Shown here one piece after another: positions 25,241 to 38,069 of a DNA stretch of 64,000 nt. How positions within the stretch are numbered: position 1 is the first letter of the stretch; each line of letters begins with the position of its first letter. Both the position numbers and the translations under genes were made by a program. Source of the DNA: Octopus vulgaris (taxonomy: Eukaryota); assembly GCA_951406725.2 (NCBI GenBank), contig OX597817.1, positions 121,334,001 through 121,398,000 on the forward strand. Direction: 5' to 3'. The notes under the pieces are model-generated. The model worked only from the letters and a program-made list of their open reading frames with translations, was not told where the DNA came from and made no database searches.

Positions 25241-26673
25241 ATCAGTGTCGCCGGTCTCTAAAGACCTGCGAAGAACATGGATACAGTGATTTACAACAAC
25301 ATCCAGCAAATAATAACAAAAACCCCTTATCAGAGCTGAATTTGTCTTTCATGTAACAGTTTTCAGTAAAAATGAATAGCAGTAATTTTCTCGCAAAATG
25401 ACTCAGTTGCCTCTTCTATTTACTATTACGATTTTGGCGTTGTGCAAAAGTAAGAAATCAATATTGTTTCGATTCATTGTTTTTTTTTTTACCGAAAAGT
25501 TATAAGAAGAGACAACCCCGTTTTTTATAAATAGCATCTTTAACGCAACCGTATTGCTATTATACATACATACTTGCGTACGTACGTACGTACATAAATA
25601 CATACATACGAACATACATACATACGTACATACCTCTATGTATGTGTCTCTATGTATATATATTTTAAATGTACGATAGCCAGCACTTCACTCTAAAATC
25701 CATTAAAACCTGGGATATTATTATTATTATTACTTAATAAAAAAATGTTACCGCATTTATCGAAAAGATTAGTAGAAAAAAGAAAACGTTTGAAAAAGAG
25801 CTATTACACTCGAAATCTTAATGGCATAGTAATTCAAAGCTATAAACTATAAAAAATAGTCTTCCACTTAAAAAATTTATGTAATATTCAAGTATCTATG
25901 GCGCTGCCAATATTTTAAATTATTGTGTACACGATTACACACGCATACCTCTATATTTACGTAAAGATGTGTGTGTGTGTATAGTTGAAAATATGTGTGT
26001 TTCGAGAAAATAACTGCATATATATAACTCACTGTATGCGGAGACCAGCGTTCATTACAGATAGCGACTTAGAAGTTTCACTGGGTCGTGGTTACACCAA
26101 GTGGTATGAAAAAGCAGCGATCCCGCGTGACTTCAGAGCCACCGTTGATAAATTATTATAATACATATATATTTATATATGCATGTGCACACACACACAC
26201 TAACAAACTCCGCCCCCCCCCATATTTGCAGTTCCCAGTCGGTTTTGATCCACAACTCCATGAAACCTTAGCATATCGTTCCCGGCCCATCTCTGCTGTT
26301 TATTTCGGGTTAGACTATATGTTTGTGTGTTCTGTCTTCACCTCAGCGGAATTTGAACTCAGAACACAGAGGAACGACATGCATATTGTAAGGTATATCG
26401 GCTTTCATTTAAAAACAAAATCCACCAATTCATAGCTATGGATTATTAATATATTATTTTATTGATCCTACGACAAGACGAGTGACGAAGAACAACTCTG
26501 CAAGATTTTAACGCAGAGTGCAGTGAGACACGACGAATATTACGAAACATTTCATTCAACGTACAGTTGTCAATTTGTATTATATACACATAGACAACTG
26601 AACCAATTAGCGAAAGTATGGTACATTCTATCAAGATATACTCGTTCGTTAGTGATGGCTGTAATTTTATATA

Positions 26674-27044
26674 TCTCTCTATATTTAAACGGCAGTTTGT
26701 CTGTGTGTGTTTCTGTGTGTCTGTTAGGTTGTACACTCACCCTAACCACGGCTTTCAACCGATTCTGATGAAACTTGACACACACATAGCCCAATGTCAT
26801 AATTCAAAACTGACGCAGCGAAAATTTTGAAAAGTTCCCCCAGTTCTCAAAAAAATCGATAAATTCGACATGGGGTCGAGAATCAGAAACACAAACCACA
26901 GACTGTCTAGGGGACGCAACTCGACCTTTTTAACTAAAAAAAAATTTACCATAATTTCTTTTCCATTTTTTGGCTATAACTCTCTAAAAATGCTTTATAG
27001 TTATTTCCCTTACAAACCCGAGCAACGCCGGGCGATACTGCTAG
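26674..27044 (+). mobile_element. Non-autonomous Helitron
   Basis: Starts with TC after an A, ends with subterminal hairpin CCCGAGCAACGCCGGG then CTAG before a T; no TSD. Confidence 0.85.
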
Positions 27045-27219
27045 TATATATATATGTGTGTGTGTGTGTGAATGTAAGTTTGTATGTATGTGTATATGCA
27101 TTACACTTTCACCTGATTCAGTGATCAGCGACAGCCATATTTCGGGTTCGTCATTCATGCTGTTCTACTTTTTTATGGGTGATGAAATTTAGCCGGCGAG
27201 CAAACTGAATCATTGTGGT

Positions 27220-27545
27220 GACCCCCTTCGGTCAGACACAGACCATGGGTTTGCACCTAGAGAGTTACCCGCTGAGGCACAAGTCTGGGCAAGGTTGTTT
27301 TTATGGAAGACCAGCAGTCGCCCATGCATACCGGCCTCCACTCTCCACGTCACCGATGTTGTCCAAGGGAAAGGCAAGGGCCGATACAGCTTGGCACTTG
27401 TGACGTCGCAACTCATTTCTACAGCTGAGTGAACTGGAGCAACGTGAAATAAAGTGTCTTGCTCAAGAACACAACACGCAGCCCGGTCCGTGATTCGAGC
27501 TCACAACCTCGCGATCGTAAACTCGACGCTCTAACCACTGAGCCG
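27220..27545 (-). mobile_element. SINE family C, full length, nested in a B2 SINE
   Basis: Reverse complement of 6005-6346; B head remnant at ~27191-27214 and B2 body at 27546-27708. Confidence 0.88.
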
Positions 27546-27708
27546 TAGCGGCATTTCCTCCAGCTTTACGTTCTGAGTTCAAACTGCGTCGATGACGGCT
27601 TCGTCGTTTATCCTTTCGGGATCGATAAAATAAGGACTAGTTGAGCACTGGGGTTGATGCAATCGATTAGATCCTTCGTCGTAAATTTCACTACCTATAG
27701 TAGAAAAG
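27546..27708 (+). mobile_element. SINE family B2 body (host of the nested family C copy)
   Basis: TTTACGTTCTGAGTTCAAA...TATCCTTTCGGGATCGATAAAATAAG...CCTATAGTAGAAAAG. Confidence 0.75.
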
Positions 27709-28819
27709 CTCGTTTTGTAATTAATGCAAAAGTGTTTGTCGTTTCATGCAGTTTTATACCCAGTAGAATATCTAAAGCTACTGTAAACGTTTTGGTTTTA
27801 CTTCCGCGCTGTTAGTTTCTGTCTCAAGCTGAGATGCTCTGATGTGAAGGGTATTGCTGTACCTAATACAAGCTCGAGTGATAGAGAACAAAATATTTTT
27901 GAAATACAAGGATCCAGGTTGGATAATTGTATAGCTTTCATTTGTAAAATTAAGAGCCGGTTCTTCCTGGATTGCCACATGTAAAATATGTGTATCTTTA
28001 CCTTTACTAGAGAGTAAGAGCTTAAAGCTTCTAACATATGCCAGTAGTCCGATGCGGTATAGAAGCAATCAAGCAATCATATTCGTTTAAGGCCGTTGGA
28101 TTTATTCCAATTCAATAATGAGTTTCACACTATGAAAGGAAAATCGTTGAGATCAGCAATCTGGATTGCTTAGAACACAGAGAGCCGCCAGTACAACGTT
28201 TGTGGGCGATACACGGTACACACATATAATCTTGATTGAAGTAATAAAATATTCTCTTGAACAATTTCATTAATGTCATGCTATAGAACTAAATCGTATT
28301 TCATATTCCTACACCATTAATTGTTTCCATTTGTTCAAGTCATATTGTTCGCAAAAATCTTTCTTTATTGAACCCGCCTTACTCCTCCCAGTCGCAATTG
28401 TTTTTATCATTTGCGATTCTATATGCCTATCTGTTCTCTAGTTCAAAATGTTCTCAGGATCAATAGCACCAGTTATTGGGAAGTTGCTGCCAGTTTAGTA
28501 ACAAAAAAAAAAAAATGAATACTCTCAATTCTTAGAATATTTTACACAGATTCTAATAATGCAATGATAAACTTCTCTTCATTCTACCTTGGATACCTAT
28601 GTTGCAATATGGAAAAGAACTGTAACTACAGTGCTTCAAAGATCTGGGCATCGAATTACACATACACGCACACACACATGCACGAACACGCATACACGCT
28701 CACACACAACTACATATTATACATGTATATAATTAGAATTATATATTACATATATAATACATATACACAAGTATAAATAGGCATATACGCAAGCATACAT
28801 ATATGAGCATTGAACCACT

Positions 28820-28861
<42 letters not shown>

Positions 28862-28894
28862 TACATACGTGCGCGTGTATATATATATATATCT

Positions 28895-29272
28895 AACTAG
28901 ACTGAGGCTATGCTGGGGCATCGTATTGATATTATAGTCGAATGTATCGACATTAGTACTTTCTTTAAGCTTGGTACTTATTGTATCGTTCCTTTTTGCC
29001 GAACCGCAAATTTTGGGGACATAAACACGCCAACACCGGTTGTCAAGTGGTGAACGGGGGGATACAGACACACACATACATAAATACACACACACACACA
29101 TACATATACATACGACGGGCTTCTTTCTGTTTCCGTCTACCAAATCCACTCACAAGGCTTTGGTTGGCCCGAAGCTATATTAGAATTACTTGCCCAAGGT
29201 GCCACGCAGTACGACTGCATCCGGAACCATGTGGTTAGGAATAAACTTCTTACCACACATAGCCACTTCCGC
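28895..29272 (-). mobile_element. SINE family A
   Basis: GACTGAGGCTATGCTGGGGCA...CTACCAAATCCACTCACAAGG...ACCACACATAGCCAC. Confidence 0.85.
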
Positions 29273-30779
29273 GCTATTATACATACGTTTAAATATACCA
29301 GCAGAAGAACAAGTACTCAATACGTGTACAAGGGTATATGTGAGTGTATTCATTAAATTTGACGACCCCACTCTTTCACTATTCATAGTATTTTGCTATA
29401 TGCGATCGTTCAGAAAACAAAAAATGACTCTTTTATCATGTCACTGGAAGGACTTAGATTTGTCATTTAAATTCTTGTAGTATAGACTTAACTTGTTAGT
29501 GTGTCTATTCTAATAAATAATATATCTGTCTCTGTCATCTCTCGTAAATAGAAATGAAACCCATACATTTCCTTTATATACTTCACTCTTAATTCGTTAG
29601 GTGTTTTTGAAATATTACGGTTGACTAAAAAGAAAAACAAAGCAAATAAATAAATAGATAAATAAACAAAGTTTTGTCTGCAGAAATCATACAACGCCAT
29701 TTCTTATTTTCTCAATTATTCTGATATTCCATATCTTTTAGTATATAATCCCATTATCAGCTTTGTTGAAAGCCTCTGTAAAATTTAGGCATTAAACTTC
29801 TAGATTTGACTGAAAGTAACTATTTTACGATAACTATTCTGCTATCTGCAGCGGATATATGGGAAACCTCTTACTGAAAGTAAATTATGATGAGTGGCAA
29901 TAAACAAGAACGTAATTAGTTTCTTTAGCGTGATCATGCAGGCATATGATTCAAGGCATTATAGCGAAGATCTTACCATCACTACGATAACTAAAATGTC
30001 CATGTGTCCTTTTCTTAATGTGGTAGGTGCTATGTGAGCGATTAACGCAAGCGACATAGTACAGGATTCTCATTGGTTCAATGTAATGTAACCGTAAACA
30101 GACGGGTAGCGCGGTAAGCAATGCACGTATCTTAGTGGTTTGTAAGTTGTATGTCGGTTTCATTCTAGTGCATAAACGGAACTGATGTTAGAATTCTGCA
30201 CACATGCATATACACAGACACAGACAGACAAACATATACATATTAATATACGCACACAGTTATGTATATATATATATTTATAATTTCATGTATGTGTGTA
30301 TATATGAGTTACTGATTTTGACGTATGAGGAATCAAAAGATTCAGTAACCTTTCGGCTACTAAATGAAATAAGTTTTTTGCACAACAATTCGTTTTTACT
30401 GCAAAATGACCTCGAAAGCAAGGTCGGGATGCAAAATTTTGAAGTCTTTAGCAACTCTTCCTGAACAATCATTATGTCTTGGAGCATAATGAGAATATGT
30501 TTAAAATAAATGGAGTTTTACAAGGGAATGTAACTTCGAAAATATACCATCAACCTTATTAGTACTATTTAGTAGATAATCTTTTAAAGTAAAGTATGTT
30601 TGTGTTTTGTTTAGCCCAGATTTGCCTCGCATAGTTTTTTCCTTGATCATACTGATCTCAGTACGTATCTCAATCTGGCATTTATTCTACATATCTCTGC
30701 TTGATGAACTGCTAAGTTTGAGACATAGTGGGACGCAATACTCGATGTAACAACAAATGTAAGCACATACATACACATT

Positions 30780-30885
30780 AGGTGCAAGAATGACTGTGTG
30801 GTTGAGAAGTTTGCTTCCCAACCACATGGTTCCACGTTCAGTCCCTCTGCATGGTACCTTGGGCAAGTGTTTTCCACTATAACCC
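30780..30885 (+). mobile_element. SINE family A head
   Basis: AGGTGCAAGAATGACTGTGTGGTTGAGAAGTTTGCTTCCCAACCACATGGTTCC...CCTTGGGCAAGTGT. Confidence 0.8.
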
Positions 30886-31399
30886 AACAGCTGTGTAAAG
30901 GGTCCTTCAAGGATATTGCTAACGATAAAATTTACTTACTTAATGTTGTTTAAATAGACGGCAGTTTTACTCTCGACCTTGTTTACAAATTAGCAGATAA
31001 TGTTAATAACGTGAGATATTCAGGTTAATGTTGTGTTTTGCCTGGTAATTACCTGTTTTCAGGTAAATTGCATTCTTGTCCCAGTTGTATTTGTAAACAT
31101 GTTCGTATTTATTGCTAGTTTTTAACATTTTTGTTGCAAAGCGTTGCACAAATAGCTCGTTCATTTTTAATTTTTGCGTATACATTTTACATTTGTGCAA
31201 CTTTTACAAAGAATGCTGTGGGTACTGCATTGTACAAGTATAGTCCATTCGTGAGCTTTTCTTTGCTATATAGCAATTGTATTTCTTTTTTTGCATATCA
31301 TTCATTAATAGTTTAAACCCTTTTGCATATATTTATTATCATTTTGCACCATGCTGTGCATGTGTAAAACTTTTCTAAATTTAAATGTATATTTTGCAG

Positions 31400-32420
31400 A
31401 AAGGGACGGAATAGTGAATTTTCTTGTGAAGTTCGTGCACAAATCATTGCTCTTCATAATGAAAGATTATCATGCCGAGCCATAGCCTCTCGACTAAAAT
31501 GTCACCATACTACAGTTGTTAGGACAATTAAAAAGTATGCCGAACAAGAAAACTTCTTGATCTGAAAGCAAATCAAGAAGTGGAAGACCAAGTGTTTTCA
31601 CTTCACGTCTGACGAGCACGGTTAAACGTTTGGTTGCCGAAGATCCTCGACTAACATCTACTGGTATCCGAAAGCGTCTATCTGAGTGCAACTACATCAT
31701 GGATAATAAGTTGCCAACTACCAGAACAATTCAGAATTTGTTGTGTAGGAAACTGAAACTGCGTCTCAGACGGCCAGCCCGAAAACCACTGTTGAATGAA
31801 CGGAATTACTGCGAGTGGACAGTTGATCAATGGAAGCAAGTTCTTTTTTCAGATAAGTACACGTTCCAGCAGTTTGGAGCATATGTTAACTGGGGCTGCA
31901 GATCAGTTAACTTGGGTTTACAGATCAGTTAACTGTCGTCTTGTGCCCAAATACACCGTCTCTACGATGAAGCGCTCTGCCAGTATAATGGTTTAGGGTT
32001 GTTTTATCTGGTATGGACGTGGAAGATTTTACTTTCTACCAAAGGAAAAAAACTGTCAATTACAAGGACCATCAAGAATTCATGGAAGAAAAAATGCTTC
32101 CATGTATGGAGAGTCAACAGACGACTATTTCCCAGTAAGGTAATGCTCCTTACCACACCTCTAAAGCAGTGAAAGCATTCTTTTTCTGCGCAAAGATCAG
32201 TGATATGGAATGGCCCAGCAGCAGTCCGGACATCAACCCAATAGAAAACCTTTGGCTGATCATGAGAAGAAAGTTCTTCTAAACATCCCCAAAACGTTGA
32301 AGAATTGAAGGCATCCATAAAAGAAGTGCAGGTCAAAGAAATTGACCAGAACGTTTGTCGTAGGCTGGTACAGAGTCTGTCGAAACGTCTGGAAGAAATT
32401 ATAAGAAACAAACATGTTTA
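31400..32420 (+). pseudogene. Tc1-family (DD34E) transposase pseudogene
   Basis: RAQIIALHNERLSCRAIASRL (HTH), RSGRP, RRPARKPLL, WTVDQWKQVLFSD, MV*GCF, NAPYHTSK, EWPSSSPDINPIENLW, CRRLVQSLSKRLEEII; several frameshifts. TIRs not identified. Confidence 0.92.
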
Positions 32421-32496
32421 TGAAGAGCTGTTTGCTTCATACTCCTCGTGTGCCGAATCTGCCCATAAGAAAGGAAAACATAATACAATGTGGCTG

Positions 32497-32580
32497 TAGG
32501 TCAATATACTCGGACAACACCAGGGTGCATTGCCAGTATAGGTCAATATACTCGGACAACACCAGGGTGCATTGCCAGTA
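32497..32580. repeat. Perfect 42-bp tandem duplication
   Basis: TAGGTCAATATACTCGGACAACACCAGGGTGCATTGCCAGTA twice. Confidence 0.95.
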
Positions 32581-32889
32581 TATATACACACGCACACACA
32601 TCTCGTACCACGGCAGAGTTACGTATATAAATGTAGTTGTATTCGTTCATTAAATCGCTCTTTCATTTATTATTGCAATTCGTTCATTTAATACTGCACG
32701 ATACAAAAGGCTTGCTTTCAATGAACTCATCATCGCAATTGAACTCTTTATGTTTATTATTTATTTACCTGCCTCTTGTCATTGTCCCTCGACTTGTTCG
32801 CTTTTCCGTCTCTCTGGCATACACTTATTCCGTCTCTACCTCATTCAATAGGTATACACGTTATATATATATATATCATGCATGAGTGT

Positions 32890-32944
<55 letters not shown>

Positions 32945-33320
32945 AGAAGGAGTTAGAAAGAAGCTATGTTAATTCATGCGTTAATGCTTTGCGACTCAAT
33001 AAAATGAATTAAAACTAGTGCTCCTTCAATACAATACATTTAGACTGTATTTACCTATGGACGAAGGGCTGTGTTGACTTATTCTTACGAAAACAGAAGA
33101 CGTTATTAGAAAGAGAAGGTACGTCGGCCAGTTTCTAAAACAAAATCAAATAACAAAAATAGTTGATTTGGTCAACTATGTTTAGTCGGCAAACCGATGG
33201 ATTTACAACTCCATCTGTTTTAGAATTAAATATAATGGTATTTATTGATTTCTTATTCACGGGTATATATATATATATATATATATATCTGTGTGGAAGA
33301 AATCAATAAGTATGTGCAGG

Positions 33321-33352
<32 letters not shown>

Positions 33353-33412
33353 TGTATGTATGTATGTATGTATGTATGTATGTATATATATATATATATA
33401 TATATATACATA

Positions 33413-33495
33413 CATGTATACTCAGAGATGTATTTATTGAGTAACACGAATAGCTAAGACAACCTGTTATTCAATATTTCCAATACATACATACA

Positions 33496-33572
<77 letters not shown>

Positions 33573-33640
33573 GGAAATATTGAATAACATGTTGACTTAG
33601 CTATTCGTATTACTCAATAAATACAAGTATGAGTATATGT
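33413..33640. repeat. Inverted repeat (~65-bp arms) centred on a (TA)n microsatellite
   Basis: TGTATTTATTGAGTAACACGAATAGCTAAGACAACCTGTTATTCAATATTTCCA is inverted at 33572-33625. Confidence 0.85.
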
Positions 33641-33738
33641 TTTGAGTGCTATTTCCGTTCATTTGCTCACTTGTCCCTATACACGCACACATATATACGT
33701 ATATGTGCCTATATGTATGTATGTATGTATGTATGTTG

Positions 33739-33790
<52 letters not shown>

Positions 33791-33814
33791 GTATATATAA
33801 AAGTATATACAATT

Positions 33815-34208
33815 ATTCTTTTATCCTTTTACTTGCTTCAGTTATTTAACTGCGGCCATGCTAGAGCACTGTCTGCAGTCGAACAAATCAACTCCAAGAC
33901 TTACTTACTCTTTGAAAGCTTAGTACTTATCCTATCGGTCTCTTTTGCTGAACCGCTAAGTTAAGGGGACATGAACACACCAACATCGGTTGTCAAGCGA
34001 TGGTGGCGTGAAAAACATAGACACACAAATACATATATGAATATATACAACGGACTTCTTTCAGTTTCCGTTTAAGAAATCTACTAACAAGGCTTTGGTT
34101 GGCCCAAGGCTATAGTAGAGGACGCTTGCTCTAGGTGCCACGCAGTAGGACTGATCCCGGAACCATGTGGTTGGCAAGCAAGCAAGCTTCTTATCACATA
34201 GCCACCTC
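33815..34208 (-). mobile_element. SINE family A
   Basis: CTTTTACTTGCTTCAGTTATTTAACTGCGGCCATGCTAGAGCAC...GGAACCATGTGGTTGG...CACATAGCCAC. Confidence 0.88.
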
Positions 34209-34267
34209 TGTGTATGTATGTGCTACACACACACTCACACACATATGTATTTATATATATATATATT

Positions 34268-34780
34268 GTAGTTTCATCTCGGAGCTGCGGCTATGCAGGG
34301 GCTCCACCCTTTTGGTATACTGTTATTATTGAGAGTCTCCTCTAATATGTGGCATTTGGTGAATAAGTGAGTTTGATGTCGCTAGCCTTATTTGAACCTT
34401 TTGCCGTGAGGTAGGTTCATCTGGGAATCTCGACAGGAAGAGGTCCATTTCTGATTTGAAAACACGTACATCCATTTTGTGTAGACTCCCCAAGCACGTT
34501 GGGAGAATATAAAAAAAACTGTGGGTCCCTGAAACCCAGGCTGTTGCAGTAACTGGTCGTGAAGCGCGATGGCATTGTTTGGATCTATTGTTCTGTGCAG
34601 TGTCGACCCGTTCTGGCATTGGTGTAGCTTTTAATACCAAAATTTGGCACAATTCCTTCTAGGATCTTCCAGATGTATATTAATGCATACCTCTCCCGCC
34701 TTCGCTCCAGGAAGTAGAGTTTTAGCTTTTTCAGCCTTTCCCAGTAGTCGAGCTGTTGCAGCGAGGCGATCTTCTTTGTG
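34268..34780 (-). pseudogene. 5'-truncated 3' end of a CR1/L2-group LINE, including its 3' UTR tail
   Basis: LDYWERLKKLKLYFLERRRERYALIYIWKILEGIVPN and FKSEMDLFLSRFPDEP...SNSLIHQ; tail GGTGGAGCCCCTGCATAGCCGCAGCTCCGAGATGAAAC. Confidence 0.88.
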
Positions 34781-34782
34781 AA

Positions 34783-35280
34783 GAAACAAATAGAAAACAG
34801 GATAAGTATCATAAAGAACGACCCTCCATCCGTTGCCGGCTGCCTATCTACTCCTCATTTCGAGTATTGAACGACAATATGATTCTTCGAAGGCAATTGT
34901 TCCCACAAATACCAAAATAAAATTAGGGATTTCTGAAGGATCAGAGTTGGTAACAAAAAAGAGGACAGTGGAGACATACAAGGAAACCGAACGAAAACAA
35001 ATATGGACGGTCGTTAGACCAGTATGAGGGTAAATAAGCGTTCTGGTCTAACGACCCAGCATATTTGTTTTCGTTAGGTTTCCTTTATGCCTCCACTGTC
35101 CTGTTTTTGTTCCCATCTTTGATCATTCATAAATCCCAAATTCTTTTGGTATTTGTGCGAGCAACTGCCTTCCAAGACTCATATTGTCGTTCAATGCTCG
35201 AAATGAGGAGTAGATAGGCAGCCGACAACTGATAAAGAGTCGTTCTTTATGTTACTTATCCTGTTTTTCATTTGTTTGTC
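34783..35280. repeat. Large diverged inverted repeat (~240-bp arms, ~20-nt loop); Penelope inverted pseudo-LTR-like
   Basis: For example GGCTGCCTATCTACTCCTCATTTCGAG pairs with CTCGAAATGAGGAGTAGATAGGCAGCC, and GGTCGTTAGACCAG with CTGGTCTAACGACC. Confidence 0.88.
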
Positions 35281-35357
35281 TCGTTGTTTGCGTATTCAAC
35301 TCATTTGTTTTCGTATTTCGTGTTGTTTACTATTTGTGACGTCCTGTACCCATATAT

Positions 35358-35407
<50 letters not shown>

Positions 35408-35505
35408 TTATAATCAAGTCAAATAAACGAACACTGAAAATAACAATAACAACAAAAGGACTTCCACATAGAATGAATTAGTTGCCATCCAATAAAAATA
35501 GTGAG

Positions 35506-35540
35506 TTTTTAACGTTTCGAGCAAAGCTCTTCGTCGGAAA
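35506..35540 (-). ncRNA. Minimal hammerhead motif (U4C variant)
   Basis: Minus strand TTT-CCGACGA-A-GAGC-TTT-GCTC-GAAA-CGTTA-AAA, with palindromic AACGTT at stem III. Confidence 0.55.
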
Positions 35541-36254
35541 GGAAAAAGGTGAAAGGGAAAAGTGCAAAGAAGAAAACAATCATCATGTGTGTGTGTGTGA
35601 GTATACATATATTACAATATATCTGTACACACACACCTATGTATATCAACATACACACAGATACATATATATGTACAAACACACATATACATATGTACCT
35701 TTTATAATTACATCTACTTCTATACACATGTGCGAATATATGTTTGCATGCATTTATTGAATATATTTTAAATGAAATGTTTGAATCGCTTCCTTCTGCA
35801 ACAATTTCGTTTTTCTTTTCTTGCACTGAAGAATTTTTTTAATACGCTAAAGCTATAAAGGGACCAGAAGCGACCACTGCAGTCTCTGACTTTTCAGCGA
35901 TATACATACGTTAAATATGCCTTATAGTTAAAGATTTTAAACCAGAGTTATTTCTATTGCATAATCTGAATATTTTTAATAATATCACTGGATTACAGCC
36001 ACGGTAAGAAACCGGTTTTAAATATTTCAGACAATAAATTTGACCACTAATGCTTTTCAGTGTGGTACAGTATGGTTCTTGATCAGAAGAAAATTAGTTT
36101 ACATTTATCATGAAGTGATACGACTCGATGCACTTTTAAACTGTTACAAGAAAATGCATCAAGCATAAACAGTTGTAACACACACCTTTCTCTCCCCAAT
36201 CTCTCTCTTCATGTGTACGTAACATAGATCTTTCTCTTCCCACTCTTTCTCCAT

Positions 36255-36440
36255 CTAGTACGTACGTACGTACTTACGTATGTATGTATGTACGTACGTA
36301 CGTACGTACGTATGTATGTATGTATGTATGTATGTATGTATGTATGTATGTATGTATGTATGTATGTACGTACGTACGTACGTACGTACGTATGTATGTA
36401 TGTATGTATGTATGTATGCATGCATGCATGCATGTATGTA
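36255..36440. repeat. (GTAC)/(GTAT)/(GCAT) compound microsatellite
   Basis: Direct reading. Confidence 0.95.
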
Positions 36441-37426
36441 TAAATGTTTGCACAGAATTTAAGTCGTGTGTGTTTTAACGGAGTTGGATTTTTTAGTCAA
36501 GGCTGCAGTATAGGTTTGATAATAGTTCGCAATTTACCAGTTTCTCGGGAAATTTCCAGTAATTGCAGCGTACAAAGTAATTTCTTTGTCTTTCATTGAT
36601 AATTAAGAAGAAATATATATTTTGGGCACACATGATTAAGCTTATATTTGCTCTCAGTTAATTACATAATACAGAATATTTAAAAACATAAACAGAGGAA
36701 AAAATATATATTGCATCTTACCAAAGACACATCCATAACCATTGTCAATGATAAGTGTGAAATAAATACAATAATAAGAGATTATAGTATCTAATTTTAT
36801 TTTGGCTAGAAAGCGGGAGAGGGAGCACTAGTTGATTATCTTATCAAGAACGATATTCCTTAACCTGCTTCATAATAAGGCAGCCATAACAAGATAACCT
36901 AAAGATCTAATTTCCACGTGGAAATTCTGCTGATTTATCACATAACACAGTATCACGACCATAAATCTTTCTGCCCTACGAATTTCCGTACAAATATATT
37001 CTATTGATACCGTCTCCTACGGTGTGGCTTTGAAGTTTACTATCGGAACGACTTTACTTTTAAAAGTAACTTCACTGAAAATGCTGTAATAAAAGTAATT
37101 AGAAATAACATGATAATATTTCGGCGTCTTTGATGTAGAGAGAGAGACACTGCCTAGATTATTATGTATCTAATCGATTTCTATACAGTATACAGTCATC
37201 CAAAGAGATAGGATGATAGAAATGATTTAACTGTTTATTGATAAGCTTTTTCCTGATGTAGACGAAAATATAGTAACGGGATTATATCTGTATGGGTATG
37301 TGTGTGCTTGTGTGTACATGAGTGTATATGTATAGATACATATACATGAATATATAAATCTATATATATTCACACGCATAATATGTATATGCATACTGTT
37401 CTATGCATGTATATATACATATATGC

Positions 37427-37457
<31 letters not shown>

Positions 37458-37625
37458 TGTATGTGTGTGTTTCTGTTTTTGTATATGTATGTATAGATGT
37501 ACACACACACATCAAAGTATATATGCATTGTGTATACGCCTAGATATGTGTAGGTGTACATGTGACTATATATGTATGAAAATGCTTGTTAATAAGTACT
37601 TATATATGTACATGACAGAATGCGC

Positions 37626-37664
<39 letters not shown>

Positions 37665-37889
37665 TATAGGTATTTATATACATATAGACACATTTATTCA
37701 TCCATACACACACGTCTAAGACGTCACAAGCATGTGCTCGAGTAGATATACTGCACACAAATTCTCATATAAGTGGCAACACGAAAGTAAATACACACAC
37801 ACAGAGAAACAGATACATATGCATATTCGCATTTGTAACACATCGTAAATGAATCCACTCAAACGGATATTCACAGAATATTTCAGTAA

Positions 37890-38069
<180 letters not shown>

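Noticed and set aside
32497-32580. 42-bp direct repeat as a possible CRISPR-like array
   Set aside because: Two adjacent copies with no spacer, in eukaryotic context; a simple tandem duplication.
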